From Octopus vulgaris (lineage: Eukaryota), in assembly GCA_951406725.2 (NCBI GenBank), contig OX597823.1:26246001-26308000 (forward strand): a DNA stretch of 62,000 nucleotides. Reading direction: 5' to 3'. A program made the translations under genes and the position numbers. This document shows, piece after piece, positions 1 through 12,009 of the stretch (position 1 is its first letter; every line of letters begins with the position of its first letter). The notes beneath the pieces were generated by a model. It searched no databases, was not told the origin of the DNA, and saw only the letters and a list, made by a program, of their open reading frames with translations.

Positions 1-193
1 AACATCAATAGAGAAATCAGAAGTAGGGTTTGAAACTCTTGAGGGTGTGATTGTGCAAGTTTTGGAAAGAGCACAGGCGTGAGAAGCCGAAAGTAGTTGC
101 CATTTAAGTGATGCAGTGGTGTTGCAAAATTTGACTTGTGCATATATCAATTTCCATTATGTCCTTTGTATTGTATCAATTTCATGCAATTAT

Positions 194-230
<37 letters not shown>

Positions 231-1754
231 TGTAAGCTTCACAGACAAGAGGGCACCTGTTGGGGAGGAAAATGAGAAACTTCTGAAATTAGTTTGTAGT
301 CCAATCCTTGGTCTATGCACACACAATGTATATTATCATAATGTGACTAGCAGAAAAGTGTCTCATGGCAATGTTTCTACTGGTAATAATAATAATTAAA
401 ATTTTGAAAATCAAATGCTTGTAAATCCATACAAAGTACTTTGATCAGAATTTGATTCTGAAGTATTGGGATTAGCTATGAAAAGATTTTACTATTTGTA
501 CACTTCCTCTCTCTCTCTCTCTCTCTCTCTGTATCTCTTTCTCTTCCCCTCTCTTATTGTGTGTGTGTGTCAGATAGGGAGAATAAGAGGGAGATTTCTT
601 GTGCTCATACAAAATGACTGAATCCATAAAAAAAAATGTGGGTATTGTCAATGATTGTTCTCTAACTGCTCTTCCTAACACACTAACCTACCCCTCAGTT
701 GAGTTGGTAGCTATATTGTTTACACCTAGATTGACTGATACAGCGTAAAGTAAGTTAGCTAGGGGCACAGAGCGATGGTGATGAAGTTTGATCATTTAAT
801 TGGTCTCGTTAACTAATAATTATCTCTTATCAGAAGATTCTATTAAATGTTATGTTTTAGAAAATATAGATTTTCAAAAGATAGTAAGATAATTGTAATT
901 ATAACCATTGATTTTTTCTCCCTTTTAGTCTTTAGGTAATTTCATCTATCTAATAACGTACATGCTTAAGCAATGCCTTACTTATTATCTCTCCTTCTTT
1001 CCCTCCCTTCTCTTCCTCTGTGTGTGTGTGTGTATGTGTGTACTCACGTGCGCAAGCATATGTATCAATATCAAGATTTCAAGTCATTAGAACATTGGGT
1101 AGCTTCCTATGCCGTATTCATTTTGGCTTCTTACATCCTGAGTTTAAATCCCACTGGAACCAACTTACTTTATCTTTCATTCTTTTGGGATCAATAAAGT
1201 ACTAGTTCAGTACTAGGGTTGGTTCTTCTCTCTTTCACACATACCCACGCACACACACACACACACACACTTTCTGTCCAACATGTAGAATGATAAAATA
1301 GATCAGTGCTCTGCAAACTTTTTTCACTTGCGATACACTTAAATTCTTTTCATAATTTGGCAGCACACCTGAACTAAAAATATAATTATAGTATAGGGGA
1401 AAAAATTATATTCAGGGTACACTGCAGCACACCTAGCATTGTCTTGTTGCACACTAGTATGCCATGGCATACCAGTTGCAGAGGACTGGAATAGACCAAT
1501 AAAAAGACAGATATAGTTTATCTCACAAAACCCAAAATCAAAACTCTCTGAAATTTGTTCCAACTATTTAACTATTTATTACCTGGACACTTCATTGTTA
1601 TTACTTATCTCTTTGGAGATACCACCGATTCATTATCCTAAATGTGAGTAGCCATGTAGCCCCTCTACAAGAACCAGCTGTACCCCAACCTCTTCTCATC
1701 CCTTAACCCCATCTAACATAAGGAGACTGCTCTCCTTGGGTTTTGTAAATGTGA

Positions 1755-1855
1755 AAGCTGCTGGTGTCCTGACAAAAGCACTCGACACACACTTATAAAG
1801 TGGTTGGTATATTAGGAAGGGCATCCAGCCATAGAAGAAACCGTGTCAAAGCAGG
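1755..1855 (+). mobile_element. SINE-D fragment (family ending in ...AGGAAGGGCATCCAGCC...GATGATGAT; probably RTE-3'-related)
   Basis: AAAAGCACTCGACACACACTTATAAAGTGGTTGGTATATTAGGAAGGGCATCCAGCCATAGAA matches copies at 35.6, 46.6 and 48.1 kb. Confidence 0.6.
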
Positions 1856-1972
1856 TTTCTATATATGTATTTGTATACATATATAGAGAAGGAGAGAGAG
1901 ATATGTATGTATTTATTTATTTATCTATCTATCTATCTATCATATATATATATATATATATATATAATAGTC

Positions 1973-2347
1973 GCAGGGTGTGGCTGTGTGGTAAGAAGTT
2001 TGCTTGCTTCCCAACCACATAGTTCTGAATCCAGTTCCACTGTATGACCCCTTGGGCAAGTGTCTTCTACTATAGCCTCAGGCTGACCAAAGCCTTGTGA
2101 GTGGATTTGGTAGATAAAAACTGGAAGAAGCCTGTCATATATATATGTACATGTTTGTGTGTCTGTGTTTGTTCCCCCAGCATCACTTGACAACCACTCT
2201 TGGTATGTTTACATCCCTGTAACTTAGCAGTTTGGCAGAAAGAGACCAATAGAATAAGTCCCTTGGGTTGATTTGTTCGACTAAAAAGGGCAATGCTCCA
2301 GCATGGCTGCAGTCAATTGACTGAAACAAGTAAAAGAATAAAAGAAT
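1973..2347 (+). mobile_element. SINE-A: tRNA-derived SINE with internal microsatellite
   Basis: Head TGGCTGTGTGGTAAG...GTTCTGAATCCAG (A/B-box-like), CCTTGGGCAAGT core, internal (TA)/(TG) tract and tail GCTCCAGCATGGCTGCAGTC...GAAACAAGTAAAAG; near-identical copies elsewhere in the window. Confidence 0.85.
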
Positions 2348-2444
2348 ATAAATGTATATATACCTATATTTGTGTGTGTGTGTCGTTAGTAGAAATAGAT
2401 TAATCTAGGGGAGAAGCACACTCTAAGATGTAGAGCAGTTAATA

Positions 2445-2626
2445 TTATAAAGGGAGCTGGTTTATGGGGTCACCCTGGGTTTCTCACTCATAACATAAGG
2501 AGTTTAAGCCTTACAGCACGAAGAGGTCTTAGGCCAGCAGTGTTTGGGGTCTGAAGATATACTGTAAGGCTAAACCCCTTATGAGTGAGAAACCCAGGGT
2601 AACCCCATAAACCAGCCCCCTTTATA
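2445..2626. mobile_element. Foldback/MITE-like element with ~65-70-bp inverted arms
   Basis: 2445-2516 is the reverse complement of 2562-2626, apart from a few substitutions and a 5-nt CATAA duplication; 45-bp spacer; TA-rich flanks. Confidence 0.75.
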
Positions 2627-4450
2627 ATATACCGTATATATAAATATCACATACACACACATACATTAGGTGGATATTTTCAATCAAGATGGTACCACTG
2701 GATCTGATTCTTCAAGTGCTTCAGTACTGTGTATGTACATATATTTGATTGCTGATATTTAGCAATGGTTTCTCCCATTGTGTTGATGTACCACTTTCTA
2801 TCATTAATAAAACTGCCAGCATTTTTGATAACACGGGTATACTAGTCCTATATAATAATAGCTGAGTATTAGAGGCATTAACCAAAGAATACAAAAGTAA
2901 CCACACTAGTATGGACATGCAATAAAGAATGAATGACAAGTGTTGTGCTGATTGTAGAAAATAGCCATGGTGATCGGCGGCCAACAGATGTCACGGAATT
3001 GTGATGGCTTTACTATTCTGTATAGACCTTCATAAGCCATTCTAGTATAGGAAAATGTTGGTGATGATGGTATGTTTATTACAGCCGTAAATTGTCATCT
3101 CTTATGTGAGTGAAGCATCTTGTGACTAAGAATATTCCAGGTCTCTTAATCTTTCTCTGTCAAGAGTAGAATTTCACTGACAGCATATATCAATGTTTTT
3201 TCACTTAATATTCATTGTCAATTCACAGCACATGTCCACACCAGTGCAATTACCTCTCCTGCCTATATCAGTATCTTCAATACTAGTCTCTCCCTCTCTC
3301 TCTCTCTCTCTCATCTCACATGTACTCCACTTCTCATGTACTTTAACATTCCACATCCAATAGTCTGTACGTCCCGTTTATCCCCATAAACATTCTCAAG
3401 TCTTACTATGATACTTAATACACCTACCTTTTATGTGGAAAACCTTTTTGTTGGCATTTGAAATTCCCTGAATTTCCTCAATCTAGCAACCCGACCTTCA
3501 TTACAGCCACCTCTACTACTAATTACACCTCTCTCCTAGATAATGAATAGGAAATAAACTGACTGAAGTGTGTAAATATATGCATAAAGATAGAGGTAAT
3601 AGCCCAGAACATTCATAACTACTCTATTGATATATCTCCTTGCAATATTTCATTAATATTTCTTTTTTTTCTGATTTTTAAAAATATTTCTAAACCTAAA
3701 CCATTAATCATATCAGCATAAGTGACATATTGATCCCTTATTTATGTGTTTGTAATGTTATTGGGTTGACCCTGTTAGCTCTACTCTTCAACTTAGGTAA
3801 CAGAAATTTCCTATCAAATACTTGCAGTGAGTCATTTGACTTGCTGTACCCTAGATGTGCCATGTTTCAGTTTCATGGGTTAAGTGATGAGATGAATGGT
3901 AAGTGTTTCCCTGAGTCTGTTGGTGTTCTGCCATCCAGTCTGACCATCTGGTGGTGACTGTGGTAAAAGTTAGTTGGACTCTTTGATGTGGTGAGCCAGC
4001 ACAAACATTTTGCTTGGGAAGGGGCTGCACATTGAGCTTCACTTTGTCTCAATACATTGCCATTTAGGTCTCGGTAAATTCCTTGAATATATTTTTATAT
4101 TTTTATTTTTTATGACATTGCCAAAATTCTCTGTAAGCAGCATAGAATAACAAGAACAGTCTCAGAAAACCAAGCCTGTGACCCACTTACAAGTTTTGGT
4201 TCTTTCAGTTTCATGTATATTGCTAATGTTCTTGGGGAGATAACAAAAATTTTTTAAAACTTGAACATTGCAACATTCCATTTTTCCTCTCGTGTAAATT
4301 TGTAACATTGCTTTTCAAATGTAAAAGAAATTGCAATGTTGCCCTTAATGAAATAATTAGTTTGTTTATTTTATATCTAACCTTTACCTGAAAATTACTA
4401 TACCTTTAATATACTGACATCGTGTTTGTAGTTGTTGGTGTCATAGTCAG

Positions 4451-4745
4451 AGCCGTGTGGTTGAGTGGTTTGTTCCTAAATCACATGGTTTTTGGTTCAG
4501 TTCCACTGCGGGGCAGCTTGGAATGGACTTGACTACTACAGCCTTGGGCGTGGACTTGATTCGTCAGAAACTGAAAGGAGCTTTTTGTGCACATGTGAGT
4601 GTGTGTTTCAGTCACCTTGTCTTTATCAGATGGTGATTGTAAGTGAATGTCCCCATCATACAAGCAGTTTCATTTGTTTACAGTCTTCTGTGAATTGTGT
4701 CCAGCTAGGTGGCAGGATGGACAAATTCTGTTTGACCCATGCAAC
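4451..4745 (+). mobile_element. Degenerate SINE-A-type head with a different tail
   Basis: GTGTGGTTGAGTGG...GGTTCAGTTCCACTGCGG...GAAACTGAAAGGAGC resembles the SINE-A 5' half. Confidence 0.55.
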
Positions 4746-5454
4746 TGGTAGACAAACATTTACTTTTTAAGCCTTACTCTGGATGCAGATATGGCTGAGT
4801 AGTTTAAAAAGTTTGCGGCTGTGTGACTTAGGGTTCATTTTTCTACCTTAAGCAAGCATTCATTACTAATGATTGAAGTTGACTAAAGCCTAGTGAATGA
4901 ATTTTGGCTGACAGAAATTGTATGCAAGGGTGTTGGAGACACCTGTTCTTGGATTTAATTCATCACTTAATTTAACACTGTTATATGACCCTTGGATTTC
5001 TACTCTTGCAAGCAGTCAGACCAAGTCACCAACCTATAGTTGACTTCTTCCCTTCCTCCCACTAGTTTGGGTTGCTCTGAGAAAGGTCATGGGCACCACT
5101 CTTCCTACTGTGACCAAGCCATTAATTTCTGATTCAGCAAAGTTTGTACTATACTTAAATTGGGAGGGTCAGCAAGATTCACTCTTGCCCAAGTAATATA
5201 TATCATTTCGTTTATGTCATTTTTTCCCTGTTGGTGTGAATCGGAAGGAACTTGTTGAGATAATATTCCACAGTAGGATGTCCTTCCTGGCACCAACCCT
5301 AGTTTTATATGTATAGTACTTAGTGCTTAACATGAACTACTAGTTGCCAGACTTTAGTGTATGCGGGGTATAAACATTGTCACCACTATCCCTGCAAAGA
5401 CATAGATACAAACGCTTGCGCGCACATACACACACACACACAAATCTTGATTTT

Positions 5455-5675
5455 AAGTCTGCTTTACATGCTGGCATGGGTTGGATGAGTTATTGTGACA
5501 GTGGAAGTCAGTTTTTATTCCAAGTTACTGCTTTGCTAGGTGTGTTCAGGGGACAGTATCTTACCCATATATTTCATATTGGTTTGTGATTTCTATCAGT
5601 GAATGTCCTTCCTAACATCAACCACTTTACAGAGTGTACTGATGAATTCTATTGTGATACCAGCACCTCACAGAT
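5455..5675 (-). mobile_element. SINE-D / RTE 3' end copy
   Basis: Reverse complement of the family-D motifs (CATGCTGGCATGGGTTGGA; TCCTTCCTAACATCAACCACTTTACAGAGTG on +). Confidence 0.55.
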
Positions 5676-6075
5676 TCTTTTTACTTTGAGTACTTGGCAC
5701 TTTATGCAACTGTCATACTCATACCCATCACATGCCTGTACCAACATTGCATCTGATTCTTCTTATATCCAAATTTTCCCAGAATCCATTTGTAATCCAT
5801 TGTCCGTGCACACTAAAATTTCACATCAGGTGAAGCATACTAGCCTCACTTCTTTCTTGTCTTCAAATCCTCTGCATTTAAGATCCATGTCTCGCTTACC
5901 ATGTAGCATTACACTTTGCACATAAGCATCATGCAATCTGTCTTTAACTTGGAGAGAGAAGCTCTTTATTGCCAGCAAAGATAAAATAGGTCCTTGAACT
6001 TTTTCCAACCTGTTCTTAGTCTGGCTACTATGCTTTGAGAGTGTACATCCCTACTGGTTACCTACACAACAAAAT
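5676..6075 (-). mobile_element. RTE-clade LINE relic (C-terminal RT region), frameshifted
   Basis: Minus-strand translation gives IVARLRTGWKKFKDL, SLQVKDRLHDAYVQSVMLHG and WYRHVMGM, resembling the RTE RT C-terminus; same family as 48.9-49.4 kb. Confidence 0.7.
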
Positions 6076-8012
6076 CCTCAGACTGGTTTCAGTTGCTGGC
6101 TTGAAGCCAAACTGTCTTATTCTATCATTATTTGTTGAATGGTTATTTTTGATGTGACAGCTTTCAGTAGTTTCCGTCTTTCCCTATTCCTGTTTTGAAG
6201 TATCAATCTACCCCAAACTGCATTAGACACACATCTTTGGTGCTCTGCGGTAGGATTAAATACAACACCATTTAATTACTTTATCATTTTGTACTAATAA
6301 AGTGTAAAACTTGTCATGATTTTATTGCAAAGGTCAATCAACGTGTGCATGTACAGATGCACACATATCTTCATGAGTCAAATGAAATTCGTTAAGACAG
6401 ATTGTTTTTCTATGGTCAGAAACTCTTCTTGTTGCCAACCCTACCTCATTCTCAAGCACATTTTGCTTTAGTCTGGACATGCTTACAATTAGTGAATGAT
6501 CAAGACAAGAAAAGGTACGCATGTATCTCCCTACACACACACATACCCCTACCTACCTACATATCTACATACCTAGTTTTCAGTAATGCAACAGTGAATA
6601 TGATTATGTAAGCCTGAAAAACATGGCCTGGCTTTAGTTTCTGATAAAAGTTTTTATTCTCTTCAGCTTTGCCGTTGTCCTTGGAGGAAAGGCATGAATG
6701 TTATCCTCCCCCATTATTTATGAGTTCTTCTACCTATGCTAAGTACCATGTTGGTAGAACCCTTACAACACTGAACTAAAACATTTTACCCCTGTTATGT
6801 TCTGACTAAAAAAATCACACCAGGTAGTTGATAATACACTTGTGGTCAGTTCAAAGAATCCTATTCCTTCTGCAAAAAGAATATGTTCTGTGCTTAGTCC
6901 AAAGAAATCAATATTACTTTATGCATGGTTTCCCTTCTAAATTTCCATTTGCTCATTCTTCCCTCATCTACCATTTTTCCTAATTCCACTTGTTTTATTC
7001 CTTAATCTATCAAGAAACAGTCCGATAAAAGAGCTTAGAAGAAATATTCTTGATCTCTGTTCATTTTGTTGCTGTTTTGCTCTCTACATTTTGTGTGCTT
7101 TCCTCGGCTTAAGTTTGCTACAGATAACATGTAAAATGTGGATTTCTGTGCGTTTCTGTTGTGGCAGTGCCAAACAAATAAGATATAATTAGCCAGCTAC
7201 TCTTCCACAACACAATTGCATTTCTAGAGTAGGTTTTAATTTTTTTTTCCTTTTCTTTTCTTGCTTTTTTTTTTTTTATACTTTTCCTTGTCTTGTCACT
7301 GCAAACACAATCAAAAAGGAGGTGGGGAAAACAGAATGAAAAAAAGAAAAGAAGACAGAAAAAAAATATATTTCAGACTAGATTTTGTGTAGGCTGGTCC
7401 AGAATAAACTCCCCAGTTGCTTGCTGAAAGAAAGAAAGGATGTTACTGTCATTGGTTGAGATACACCATTATATATATATATATCCTTGCCACTTGACAA
7501 ACTCTGTCTTCTCCTCAAGTAAGCAGTAATGCTTAATGTTTCTTTGGGTTCTCTTTATCTTGCTCTCCTCTCACTCTTCTTTTTTACTTTGATATTTTGT
7601 TCCACTCTTTCTACAGTGACTGGCTGCATATTTGTTGTTGTTGCTGATTGTTAAGATTTATTTTAGTTTTTCCTAACACTAATCTGTTTGTCCTTGCTTT
7701 GCTGCCTACATTTTTTGTCCTTTCGCCTGCAGGTGATTGAGTTGTTTGTTGTTATTTATTATTTTTTTTTTTACTTAAATTTTCATCTTGGAGGGGGAAA
7801 TATCTACAGTTCACTGAAGAAAGAAAAGTGTACTTTTGTATCTGTACACCCTGTATGGTGCTATTTAGTATGCCACCATCACCCATTTCTCTCCTTTTTG
7901 CTTAATTGTATCATTTGAAAGTTATTTTTAAATTTATTTATTATGCTGTCTGTGGATCATTGATGAATTCTCTTTCAAAGCCAAGTGAAGAAGACTTAAT
8001 GAATTTATTTTT

Positions 8013-8051
<39 letters not shown>

Positions 8052-8056
<5 letters not shown>

Positions 8057-8111
8057 ACACACCCACCCAATGTCAATTTGATTATTAATTTTTTTCTTTT
8101 TTTCTTTACAG
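8052..8111 (+). promoter_or_regulatory. 3' splice acceptor upstream of the ZNF800-like coding exon
   Basis: CTAAC branch-like motif at ~8054, long T-rich tract 8089-8109, AG at 8110-8111; the exon starts at 8112, 19 nt before an ATG in strong Kozak context (AAC ATG G). Confidence 0.7.
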
Positions 8112-8130
8112 GTGAAACATTGGACCAAAC

Positions 8131-10203
8131 ATGGAATTTAATGAAGAAGAAACTGTCAGTGTAAATACCAGGGACATTGACTTATCTCTTTTACGTAAGT
8201 CATTGCAAGCCAGGGGAAAAACAATTGATCAGCTTGTAAACTGCATATATTATGGCACCACTGAAGTCCGACAGTATATCCTTAATGAGTCGGATGTCAT
8301 TATTGAATGTAAGGCATGCCGCAACCTTTTCCGAGCATTACCTAACTTTGTGGCTCACAAGAGAATTTATTGTATGGATTCACACCTTAATGTCAACATA
8401 CCACTACTACGTGATCCAGAAGAAGTAATCTCTGTGAATCCTGAGCCACCAGATGGTGAAGAAGGTGATGATTTTATTGAAACGTCTATTGGCCTGGCGA
8501 AGCAGAATTTGATGAATGGACGAGATATGTCCCTTGATGAAAATTACATGAGTTCAGAGAGCGATACTGTAAGGTCAGAGACTCAGTTCTACGAGAGAAT
8601 TTGCAATCAGCTTGAAAAGCAAAAACCTGACCCCACCATTGGTGTTCGGTTCGAGCCAATTGAAGGAACTGATGTTGCTGTGAGAGTTGTGCCTCTCACT
8701 TCAGAATGTGATGCTAAGCTAGCTCAGGAAAACAATATATCAAAACAGAAAGTCCGTATACTAAGTCATCCGAATAAGATACAATCTAGCTCCAAGGTTA
8801 CTCTTAAAACGGATCTAAAAACAAAGAAAGATATTAAGTTAAAAGCGGATTTTCGACAATTGCGCTGCTTGGAATGTAATCGGACAATGTCCTCTCGGCG
8901 TTATCTGGTGGAACACATTCTGAATTTACACAGCGACAAGCGGCGTTATTTCTCTTGTCCTTACTGCAAAGTTAAGTTCCGTTATTTTCACTGTGTTGTA
9001 CGTCATCTTCGAAGAGTACATGAATGTAGCAAAGATGTGATAGACAACATGCGTGAAAATCTCAGGAACTCTAGCTGGATCGAGAACTCTCCCAACAAAG
9101 CAAATAACAAAGTGCAACCCTTGCCCTCTACATCTTCACATTTTAAAGGTGAAGCTTCAAAGATTATTTCCCCAAAGAACAAAGAACATTCTGGTAAAGT
9201 TCAAAAACTGAAAGTGAAGTTATTTAGTCAAAAGAACACTCCTAGCAAGAGCAACCATACAGAATTTTATCCTCCTCTTACTGTCGTCAAGCAGGAAGTT
9301 TTAAGCGAGGAAGAGTCTGCAAAGGATTCTGATTCAGAAGTCAACACGGCTAAAGATTTGGATGTGAAAGATATGACAGGAAAACACCGGCCTCCTACTT
9401 TAGCTCAGAGAAAGAAAATGGCCATGCTAATGGATAAGAAAAGCTTGACCTGTTTACAGTGCAATCGAGGCTTTTCGAGAATGTCTGGTTTGGTGCGACA
9501 TGTTGCGCACCATTTGGGCTGGAAACGATTCAAATGCAAGTTGTGTATGTACTCTGGCTATGACAGGTATGTTTGCAAATCGCATATTGAAAGAAACCAT
9601 CTTGGTAAAGTTCCTGGTCTAACAAGGAAAGTAATGGATTACTACATTGTTGACCTCGAGGATGGTAAAATTGTTAATCCAGATGGTACTAAAAGTAAGA
9701 AGTTAGGTCTCAAACTTGGTGTAAATCCTACTAAAAAGTCTACTTTATCATCAGCATCCACAGACATAAAACCAGTCACAGTATGCACAAGTCTGGGAAA
9801 TAGCAGTGGGCTTTCCAGTGTGGCCACTGTCAGACTTTCACCTCTTTCAAACGAACAACTCCAGTTGAGTAAAGGTTGTGCTATATCCGCCGACAAGTCT
9901 GAGAAACCTCTAAAAGGTTCTGACTTGAAGAAGAAACTTCTCTCTATGGTTGACTACAGAACTCTCAAGTGTCTTGAGTGTAATAGAACATGGAACAAAA
10001 GATCACATTTACTGCGGCATGCAGCACACCACATTGGTTGGAAGCGGTTTAAATGCAAGTTGTGTGTGTTCTCAGGTTATGATCGCTACATGTGTAAGTC
10101 TCATCTTAAACGATGCCATCTGGGCAAAATCCATGGACTCACAGTAAAAGTACTTGACTACTATATAGTAGATATGATGGAAGAAGAAAACGACGAGGTT
10201 TAA
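8131..10203 (+). CDS. ZNF800: ZNF800-like C2H2 zinc-finger protein, 690 aa, single coding exon
   Basis: 2073-bp stop-free ORF in AT-rich DNA. Six C2H2 fingers plus an N-terminal C2HC finger. The segments YGTTEVRQYILNESDVIIECKACRNLFRALPNFVAHKRIYC, RFEPIEGT and DFRQLRCLEC resemble, from memory, human ZNF800 ([58 protein letters not shown]). Orthology needs reciprocal BLAST. Confidence 0.85.
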   Translation: MEFNEEETVSVNTRDIDLSLLRKSLQARGKTIDQLVNCIYYGTTEVRQYILNESDVIIECKACRNLFRALPNFVAHKRIYCMDSHLNVNIPLLRDPEEVISVNPEPPDGEEGDDFIETSIGLAKQNLMNGRDMSLDENYMSSESDTVRSETQFYERICNQLEKQKPDPTIGVRFEPIEGTDVAVRVVPLTSECDAKLAQENNISKQKVRILSHPNKIQSSSKVTLKTDLKTKKDIKLKADFRQLRCLECNRTMSSRRYLVEHILNLHSDKRRYFSCPYCKVKFRYFHCVVRHLRRVHECSKDVIDNMRENLRNSSWIENSPNKANNKVQPLPSTSSHFKGEASKIISPKNKEHSGKVQKLKVKLFSQKNTPSKSNHTEFYPPLTVVKQEVLSEEESAKDSDSEVNTAKDLDVKDMTGKHRPPTLAQRKKMAMLMDKKSLTCLQCNRGFSRMSGLVRHVAHHLGWKRFKCKLCMYSGYDRYVCKSHIERNHLGKVPGLTRKVMDYYIVDLEDGKIVNPDGTKSKKLGLKLGVNPTKKSTLSSASTDIKPVTVCTSLGNSSGLSSVATVRLSPLSNEQLQLSKGCAISADKSEKPLKGSDLKKKLLSMVDYRTLKCLECNRTWNKRSHLLRHAAHHIGWKRFKCKLCVFSGYDRYMCKSHLKRCHLGKIHGLTVKVLDYYIVDMMEEENDEV

Positions 10204-10363
10204 GGAAAATATGAATTGCCACCATGATGGAAGGAAATACTCTGTATGGGAACAGCTGTGTGTGTGTATGTAAGCATGAGTATGTGTTTACACATTACAC
10301 GCATTCTCATTCACCTACACTCACACACATTTCAAATGAATGGTAATTGTCAAATAGAATTTT

Positions 10364-10369
10364 AATAAA
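10364..10369 (+). promoter_or_regulatory. Possible proximal polyadenylation signal
   Basis: AATAAA 160 nt after the stop codon; such hexamers also occur by chance in AT-rich DNA. Confidence 0.25.
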
Positions 10370-11361
10370 TTCAAAATATACTGATGAAATGCATACACAT
10401 TGCTATATTTGCTATATGTATGAGTGTCTGTGTATCTGTGGTGTGCGTATTTGTATACATATATTTATGTATATAGATATGTCTTTGTGTATTATGTATA
10501 TATACATACATACACACATACATATGGGCGTGCATACATAAATGTAATATATTACAAGTACTTGTTTGTGTACAACACATACAGCAAAGTTTTTTTTTTC
10601 TTTTGTGTGTATGTATCTGAGATAATAATATTAATACCTTGTAGTATGTGAATTCTGTGCATATACATACATATGCATGCACACACACACACACACACAC
10701 ACAGCTACATAAAACATATACATGTAGTTGTGTATGTTCATTTTATTTAAATATAAACCATATATTTAAAAAAAAACAAAAAGAACCATTGAAGTGTAAG
10801 AATACCATTCCTTCTCTCTTTCTCTCTCTCTCCAAGATCTGAACCCTCACCTACCCCCAGACAACTATTTTATGTTTGTCTCTTCCACATAATGTCATGA
10901 GGAACGATTCTTAATTGTTCCTTTGATAATATCAGTGTCATTGATGTCTCATTAGAAAAGATGTTACCATCAACATTTATTATTATTATTATTATATTTT
11001 GGATTGGTTCTATCCACTTCCATGTCTTTTCACTAAAACTTACACTTCAACCATTTTCTTTCATTTATTTTTTTATTGTGAGTTGAATGTTTATTTTCAT
11101 GTTTTAACATGAGTTTAAGAGTGTTTGTCATATTTCTGCTATGGATTTTTGGTTATATATATATACACTCACACACACACATACATACTTACAACATACA
11201 TACATATAGAGATAGATAGATAGATACACACACACACGTTTAATCATAATGAAGATTTTTGTGAGAAGAGGGAATATCTGTTTACTTACATGATTTATAT
11301 AAGCCACAATATCCTCTCATGGTGGCCAAATTTTTAATTTCTCATTGGCAGGTAGCATGGA

Positions 11362-11670
11362 TTTCAAATTCCGCCAAGGCTGACTTTGCCTTTCATCCTT
11401 TCGGGGGTCGATGAAATAAGTACCAGTTAAGCACTGGGGTCAATGTAATCTACTAACCTCCTCTCTGAAAATTTCAGGCTTTGTGCCTATAATGGAAAGG
11501 ATTATTATTAAGGGAATTGGATGGCTGCATCAGTTGCACATTGGACAAAATGCCTGGCAGTTTTACTTTAGTTACGTTCTTTTAAGCTCTGAGCTAAATC
11601 TTGCCAGAGTCTACTTTTACCTTTCAATCCACCTGTAATTTAAGTTCAGTCAACAAAAATCTTGGGCTAG
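11362..11670 (+). mobile_element. Two tandem SINE-B copies (5'-truncated, degenerate)
   Basis: TTCAAATTCCGCCAAGGCTGACTTTGCCTTTCATCCTTTCGGGGGTCGATG core; ends in GAAAGG(ATT)n at ~11510; a second decayed copy follows. Confidence 0.7.
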
Positions 11671-12009
11671 TGTTAACAATCATCACCATCATCATCATCG
11701 TCATTGCCATCATCATCATCATCATCATTACTTTGTTTTAAGGAAGTTCATTTGCAGATATATGGCAATACACACACAAACACATGTAAATTTATAGTTT
11801 TATTTTTTCAATTGTTTTTTTTTTTTTTTTTTTTTTTTTTTTCCAAATTTAATTTTAAAAAGAAAATGGTACATTCTGAAGTATTTAAGTGTATTGTCCT
11901 AAATCATTTCCTGTTTAGTTGTAGAACTTAATATATTTTCACCCATCTTTCTTTGCTCTTGGTTGTGCTGAATCAAAGTTTCTACTTGTTGTCATTTGTT
12001 GTAATTGAT

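Noticed and set aside
1973-2045. tRNA-like sequences with A and B boxes (also at 22691, 31743 and 41340-41404)
   Set aside because: No complete cloverleaf or acceptor stem; each continues into a multi-copy SINE body, so they are SINE heads rather than tRNA genes
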